Source: Gemmatimonadales bacterium (GTDB lineage: Bacteria > Gemmatimonadota > Gemmatimonadetes > Gemmatimonadales > GWC2-71-9). Taken from it: a DNA stretch of 12,121 nucleotides. The stretch lies in contig JBFJCP010000055.1 in NCBI GenBank assembly GCA_041615815.1, positions 1-12,121 of the forward strand, read 5' to 3'. Below the pieces are notes generated by a model. It was not told the DNA's origin and searched no databases. It saw only the letters and a list, made by a program, of their open reading frames with translations. Both the position numbers and the translations under genes were made by a program. Below are positions 8,026-12,121 of the stretch, in pieces (positions within the stretch are counted from its first letter, which is position 1; the number at the start of each line of letters is the position of its first letter).

Positions 8026-8622
8026 TCAATGATGTGACGGCAGTCGATCGATGTCGCAGGGGAACTTCTCGTTGATCAGGGCGATGGGCTTGCCCTGATG
8101 AATGATCCGATACGCGCGGCTCACGAACTCTCCCGGGACACGGCGCCTGACGGCATCAGGCAGCTCGGCCGCGTGCTCCCGGCCGTACCACATGATCTCT
8201 CGCCGAGTCTCCATGGCCGTGTCATTCAAGATCCGTCCAATACCCTCTCCTTGTATGTCCAGTCTGGCGCGGAGCTCGGACGGGAACCTGTCCAGTACGA
8301 CGAGGGAGACGGCGTAGACGTACGGGGTACGGCTATACTTGCCCTGAATCAGCACTTGGCGGACAGCGACTTGAGTCCCGGCCGCCGCGTCCAGCCACGG
8401 ATGATCCGCATCCAACGGCTGGGTGTGCTGAGCGAGCCGCTCGATGTGCATGGGCTCCATGACGAAGGCCTCGATGAATTTGGTCACTGTCCCGTCGATG
8501 ACGAGCAGCGCCCGTTGAAACGGGGTGAGGACCCGGAAGTTCACGGCACCCAGGTCCGCCGGCCGCTCGGGGTCAGCCCGGAGCAGCGGCGCCAGCGGAT
8601 CGAAGCCATTGATGGTGCTCAT
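8026..8622 (-). CDS. Chorismate pyruvate-lyase-like protein (DUF98/Rv2949c/UbiC-like fold, 198 aa)
   Basis: Motifs RALLVIDGTVTKFIE, VRQVLI, YAVSLV, GIGRIL...ETRRE and SRAYRI...PIALINEKFP follow the chorismate-lyase pattern. Start moved to ATG 8622, which has GGAGG upstream. It is co-oriented with a DAHP synthase. Confidence 0.8.
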   Translation of the reverse strand: MSTINGFDPLAPLLRADPERPADLGAVNFRVLTPFQRALLVIDGTVTKFIEAFVMEPMHIERLAQHTQPLDADHPWLDAAAGTQVAVRQVLIQGKYSRTPYVYAVSLVVLDRFPSELRARLDIQGEGIGRILNDTAMETRREIMWYGREHAAELPDAVRRRVPGEFVSRAYRIIHQGKPIALINEKFPCDIDRLPSHH

Positions 8623-8866
8623 CACGGCCTCCGGATGCGCAGCAAGTGTGCCAGTGGGGGGCACCTGGCTGTGGTGGGTTTTGGCGGTATGTTCTGGGGC
8701 TCGGAGGGGCAGATGGTTGGGAGGCGGCAGAGGCGGCAGGGCAGGAATGCCCTGAAGCAGGGGGGAACTCGCGACCCCGCCGGTTCCTCGGAGCACTCAC
8801 CGACCGCTGGCGTCCGTCACCCGAAACCCGGCTCGCGCACCAATTGCTGCACCAATCCAACACCCG

Positions 8867-9538
8867 ATGAAGCGAAACTTCGCATACATCACGTTCGACT
8901 GCTACGGGACTCTGATCGATTGGGAGACCGGGATTTCGACGGCGGTCATTCAAGCGGCCGGGCCTCAAGGGGTGGATGTGACTCGCGAGCGGGTTCTCGA
9001 ACTCCATGCCCGGATCGAGCCCGAGGTACAGCGTGGGCCCTTCAAGACATACCGCGAGGTGTTGGCCGAGGTGGCAGTTCGGGTGGCCAAGGAGCTGGGC
9101 TGGAAGCTCAAGGCCAACAAGGCGTCGTATCTGCCGGACAGCCTTCCCAGCTGGACGCCCTTCCCTGACGTGAATCCGGCGCTCGAGCGACTCGTGGCCG
9201 GCGGGATCAAGCTCGGGATCCTGTCCAACGTGGACGACGATCTTCTCGCGGGCACGCTGCGCCACTTCACCGTCCCGTTCGATCTCCTGGTCACGGCACA
9301 GCAGCTTCGCTCGTACAAACCGGCAGCTGCCCATTTTGAATGCGCCGCCAAACAACTCGACGGGCATCCGTGGCTCCACGCTGCGCAGAGCTACTTCCAC
9401 GACGTTGAGCCGGCGGTGACGCTCAAGATCCCCGTGGTCTGGGTGAACCGGAAACACGAGCGGGCGCGGGGGACGGCACGGCCCGATGCTGAGGTGGATT
9501 CGGTTGCGGGGCTCGCGGATTTGCTGGGGGTGGAATAG
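8867..9538 (+). CDS. HAD-superfamily hydrolase, 2-haloacid dehalogenase-like (223 aa)
   Basis: Motif I TFDCYGTLIDWE, motif II ILSNVD, motif III SYKP, motif IV HAAQSYFHDV, and WVNR. Confidence 0.9.
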   Translation: MKRNFAYITFDCYGTLIDWETGISTAVIQAAGPQGVDVTRERVLELHARIEPEVQRGPFKTYREVLAEVAVRVAKELGWKLKANKASYLPDSLPSWTPFPDVNPALERLVAGGIKLGILSNVDDDLLAGTLRHFTVPFDLLVTAQQLRSYKPAAAHFECAAKQLDGHPWLHAAQSYFHDVEPAVTLKIPVVWVNRKHERARGTARPDAEVDSVAGLADLLGVE

Positions 9539-9636
9539 AAAAGCGCGGCAGAGGCAGCGGGCCCTTCACCGGAACCATTGTCCCAACCCGAGCATTGGGG
9601 CCACTAACGAACCATCCAACCACTTACGGAGGAGTC

Positions 9637-10320
9637 ATGGCCCTGAAGGCCGTCGTCCTGAACTGCACGCTCAAGAAATCTCCGCAGATATCCCACACGC
9701 GGGCCCTCATCGACAAGGTGGTGGGACTGATGGAGCCGATGGGGGTCACGTCCGAGGTCATTCGCGTCGTCGATCACCACGTCCCGTTCGGCGTCTCGTC
9801 CAACGAGGGGAAGGGCGACGAATGGCCCAAGATCCTCAAGAAGCTGATCGCGGCGGACATCGTGATCATCGGCACGCCCATCTGGTTCGGCGTGCGGTCT
9901 GCCGTGGCGCAGTTGGTGATCGAGCGGCTAGACGGCACCTACGGTGAGGGCGATCCCAAGACCGGCCAGTTCCCGTTGTACAACAAGGTGGCGGGTGTAA
10001 TCGTCACGGGGAACGAAGACGGTGCGCACGACGCCGCAGCCAACACCTTGTTCAATCTGTCGCACTTGGGATGCGTCGTTCCCCCCAACGCGGACTGTTA
10101 CTGGGTGGGCGACGCCGGCCCCGGACCCAGCTACATCGATGCGGGCGGGGACAAGCACATGTACACGAACAAGACGGCCCGTTACATGGCGCACAATCTC
10201 GTCTACATGGCCAACCTCATGAAGAAGAACCCGATCCCCACCAACTTGAAGAAACTGATCGAGGAGGCGAAGGCGGCGAGCGCCGACGACTGTCCGGACC
10301 GCCACGGAGCATCGGCGTAG
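9637..10320 (+). CDS. Flavodoxin-fold protein / NADPH-dependent FMN reductase family (227 aa)
   Basis: FMN loop LNCTLKKSP..SHT, ADIVIIGTPIWFG and NKVAGVIVTGNEDGAH. Start moved to ATG 9637, which has GGAGGAG upstream. Confidence 0.88.
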   Translation: MALKAVVLNCTLKKSPQISHTRALIDKVVGLMEPMGVTSEVIRVVDHHVPFGVSSNEGKGDEWPKILKKLIAADIVIIGTPIWFGVRSAVAQLVIERLDGTYGEGDPKTGQFPLYNKVAGVIVTGNEDGAHDAAANTLFNLSHLGCVVPPNADCYWVGDAGPGPSYIDAGGDKHMYTNKTARYMAHNLVYMANLMKKNPIPTNLKKLIEEAKAASADDCPDRHGASA

Positions 10321-10326
10321 TCTTGC

Positions 10327-11592
10327 ATGGAAAGTCTCGCCTTCGTCGTCATCGCGGTCGGCATTCTCGGCTTCGCGCTGATCTCGGGACGAGTCCAACG
10401 CAGCGTCATTACGCCACCCATGGTGTTCGTGGTATTCGGGTTCGTGGTGGCGCGGGGTCTCGGCGTGATCGACGTCGAGATCGAGCATCCGCTCATCCAG
10501 ACGTTGGCGGAGCTGACGCTCGTGCTCGTCCTGTTTACGGACGCGTCGCGGATCGACCTCAAGCTATTGAGGCGCGAGCACGATCTTCCGATTCGTTTGC
10601 TCGTCATCGGTCTGCCACTGACGATCCTCGCGGGCTCGGCGCTAGCACTGGCACTTCTCCCGCAGCTCTCGCTGTGGGAGGCCGCGGTACTCGCCGCCAT
10701 GCTCGCTCCAACCGATGCGGCGCTGGGTCAAGCGGTGGTGAGCATCGAGCGCGTGCCCGTTCGGATCCGACAGACGCTCAACGTGGAGAGCGGGCTCAAC
10801 GACGGCCTGGCGCTTCCGGTATTCCTCATCGTGTTGTCGCTCGCCGCGGCGGCGGAGGGTGCGGCGTCGGTGAGCTACTGGATCCGGTTCGCGGTGCTTC
10901 AGGTCACCCTAGGGCCGCTTGTGGGGGTGGCCGTGGGATACTTCGGTGGCAAGCTCGTGGAACGTGGTACCAAGACCGGGTGGATCACCCATTCCTTTCA
11001 GGATCTCTCGGCCATTGGCCTTTCCCTGCTCGCCTTTGCGCTCGCGGAAGTGGTGGGCGGGAATGGGTTCATCGCAGCTTTCGTGGCGGGACTCACGCTG
11101 GGCAACACCTCTCGCGCCATCTGTTCTTGTCTCTACGAGTTCGCCGAGGCCGAGGGGCAGCTGCTCACACTTTTGATCTTCATGGTCTTCGGTGCGGTGA
11201 TGGTACCGCTGGTGTTCGAGCACGCCGATCTGCGGATCGTGCTGTATGCGATCGCCAGTCTCACGGTCATTCGCATGATTCCCGCCGCGCTGTCGCTCGT
11301 GGGCGCGAGGCTCGAGGCCGTGACGGTGCTGTTCCTGGGGTGGTTTGGTCCGCGCGGGGTGGCCACCGTCTTGTTTGCGCTCGTGATGCTCGAGCGTGCG
11401 GAGCTGCTTGGTCGCGAGACGATTCTGGTGGCAGCGATGACGACCGTGACCCTCAGCGTGTTCGCGCACGGGCTCACCGCGTACGTGGGCGCCAACTGGT
11501 ACGCCGGGCAGGCTGAAGCGATGAAAGACGAACCGGACATGGCCGAGCTGAAGCCCGTACCCGAGATGCCTGTGCGGTTCCGGTACCGGTAA
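10327..11592 (+). CDS. Cation:proton antiporter, CPA1/NhaP type (421 aa)
   Basis: Multi-TM protein with LAPTDAALG, LNVESGLNDG, GNGFIAAFVAG and LGWFGPRGVAT. Confidence 0.93.
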   Translation: MESLAFVVIAVGILGFALISGRVQRSVITPPMVFVVFGFVVARGLGVIDVEIEHPLIQTLAELTLVLVLFTDASRIDLKLLRREHDLPIRLLVIGLPLTILAGSALALALLPQLSLWEAAVLAAMLAPTDAALGQAVVSIERVPVRIRQTLNVESGLNDGLALPVFLIVLSLAAAAEGAASVSYWIRFAVLQVTLGPLVGVAVGYFGGKLVERGTKTGWITHSFQDLSAIGLSLLAFALAEVVGGNGFIAAFVAGLTLGNTSRAICSCLYEFAEAEGQLLTLLIFMVFGAVMVPLVFEHADLRIVLYAIASLTVIRMIPAALSLVGARLEAVTVLFLGWFGPRGVATVLFALVMLERAELLGRETILVAAMTTVTLSVFAHGLTAYVGANWYAGQAEAMKDEPDMAELKPVPEMPVRFRYR

Positions 11593-11593
11593 C

Positions 11594-11798
11594 GTGCGGT
11601 TCGGACTCGCAATCTTGATGTTGATGTTCGGCTTCTACCGTTCTCTCGGGACGCGGTCAGCGGGGATGGTTGTTTCACCGGCTGGAGCTGTGGTTCGGCG
11701 AATACGCCAGCCGCGCCGTGCTCGTGGGCCTCGGATGGACGTCTCTCTTCGTGGGGATGGTGTGGCTGCTCACGCTGGGGCTTGCCGCGTCGATGTGA
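11594..11798 (+). pseudogene. Probable frameshifted small membrane protein (~67 aa if repaired)
   Basis: GTG 11594, 1 nt after the antiporter stop, gives MRFGLAILMLMFGFY. The +1 frame from 11640 gives VLSGRGQRGWLFHRLELWFGEYASRAVLVGLGWTSLFVGMVWLLTLGLAASM* (TGA 11796-11798), with GC3-rich codons and a clear TM helix. Confidence 0.5.
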
Positions 11799-11824
11799 GT
11801 GGTCCGCAACACGTGCCGTCGGAG

Positions 11825-11852
11825 TTGTGCGTTCTGAGTTCTGTCTTCTGCG
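11825..11852. repeat. Degenerate heptamer tandem repeat (TTCTGNN x4)
   Basis: TTGTGCG TTCTGAG TTCTGTC TTCTGCG. Confidence 0.6.
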
Positions 11853-12015
11853 CGCTGCTCTCTGAGCACCTGTTTTTCAAGTCTGACTCACTCGTTCATG
11901 CGCGGCTCCAGGCAAGCCGCTCCTAGACTGCCAGAAAGCACCCGGAGGAAGACACGAGACCACAGAGGGATGCTTGGTTTCCTCACGCCCACACTTCTAC
12001 CCTCTGCCAGCCGCG

Positions 12016-12043
12016 ATCTGACTTCTGCGTTCTGACTTCCGGC
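12016..12043. repeat. Degenerate heptamer tandem repeat (TTCTGNN x4)
   Basis: ATCTGAC TTCTGCG TTCTGAC TTCCGGC. Confidence 0.6.
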
Positions 12044-12082
12044 CTCTTCCTTCTCTCCACTGCCCTGGCCATGATTAGTGCG

Positions 12083-12121
12083 ATGCATCGCTTGCTTGCG
12101 GTTCTCGCCATCGCGCTCGTG
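12083..12121 (+). CDS. Possible 5' end of an exported protein (partial, runs off the window)
   Basis: ATG 12083 (in-frame ATG also at 12071) reads MHRLLAVLAIALV, like the n- and h-regions of a signal peptide. Only 13 codons are visible. Confidence 0.4.
   Translation, partial: MHRLLAVLAIALV

Noticed and set aside
8098..9457. ORFs 8098..9168 (+) and 8573..9457 (-)
   Set aside because: They overlap the well-supported lyase and HAD genes and show no recognisable domain.
8724..9555. 11-bp direct repeat GCGGCAGAGGC (8724-8734, 9545-9555) flanking the HAD gene as a target-site duplication
   Set aside because: It is short, GC-rich and low in complexity, with no mobile-element features. Chance or a common dispersed motif explains it.
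11856..11877. TGCTC-TCT-GAGCA followed by CCTGTTTTT as an intrinsic terminator
   Set aside because: The stem is only 5 bp with a 3-nt loop and the T-run is offset, too weak to call.

Overview
High-GC bacterial window with two operons, a separate CoA-ligase gene and a 3' gene run. No rRNA, tRNA, CRISPR array or transposase was seen. (1) A minus-strand operon with overlapping stop/start junctions (3985->753) encodes an FMN-dependent alpha-hydroxy acid oxidase, a small membrane protein, a sodium:solute symporter and an OsmC/Ohr-family protein. The ORF track splits the last gene in two. Its in-frame TGA (1023-1025) sits at the first catalytic Cys position and is followed by a SECIS-like hairpin, so it is most likely a selenoprotein. 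(2) A minus-strand operon (8622->5579) encodes a chorismate pyruvate-lyase-like protein, a phenylacetate-CoA-ligase-family enzyme and an ACT-domain DAHP synthase. It converges on a second, paralogous CoA-ligase gene (4143-5429, +). This looks like a module for making and activating an aryl acid, probably 4-hydroxybenzoate. The rest of the window holds a secreted hypothetical protein, a HAD hydrolase, a flavodoxin-like protein, an NhaP-type antiporter and an apparently frameshifted small membrane gene. Three intergenic regions carry degenerate 7-nt repeats, and two of these form long inverted repeats between convergent genes. All family assignments come from recognising motifs by eye; no database searches were run.
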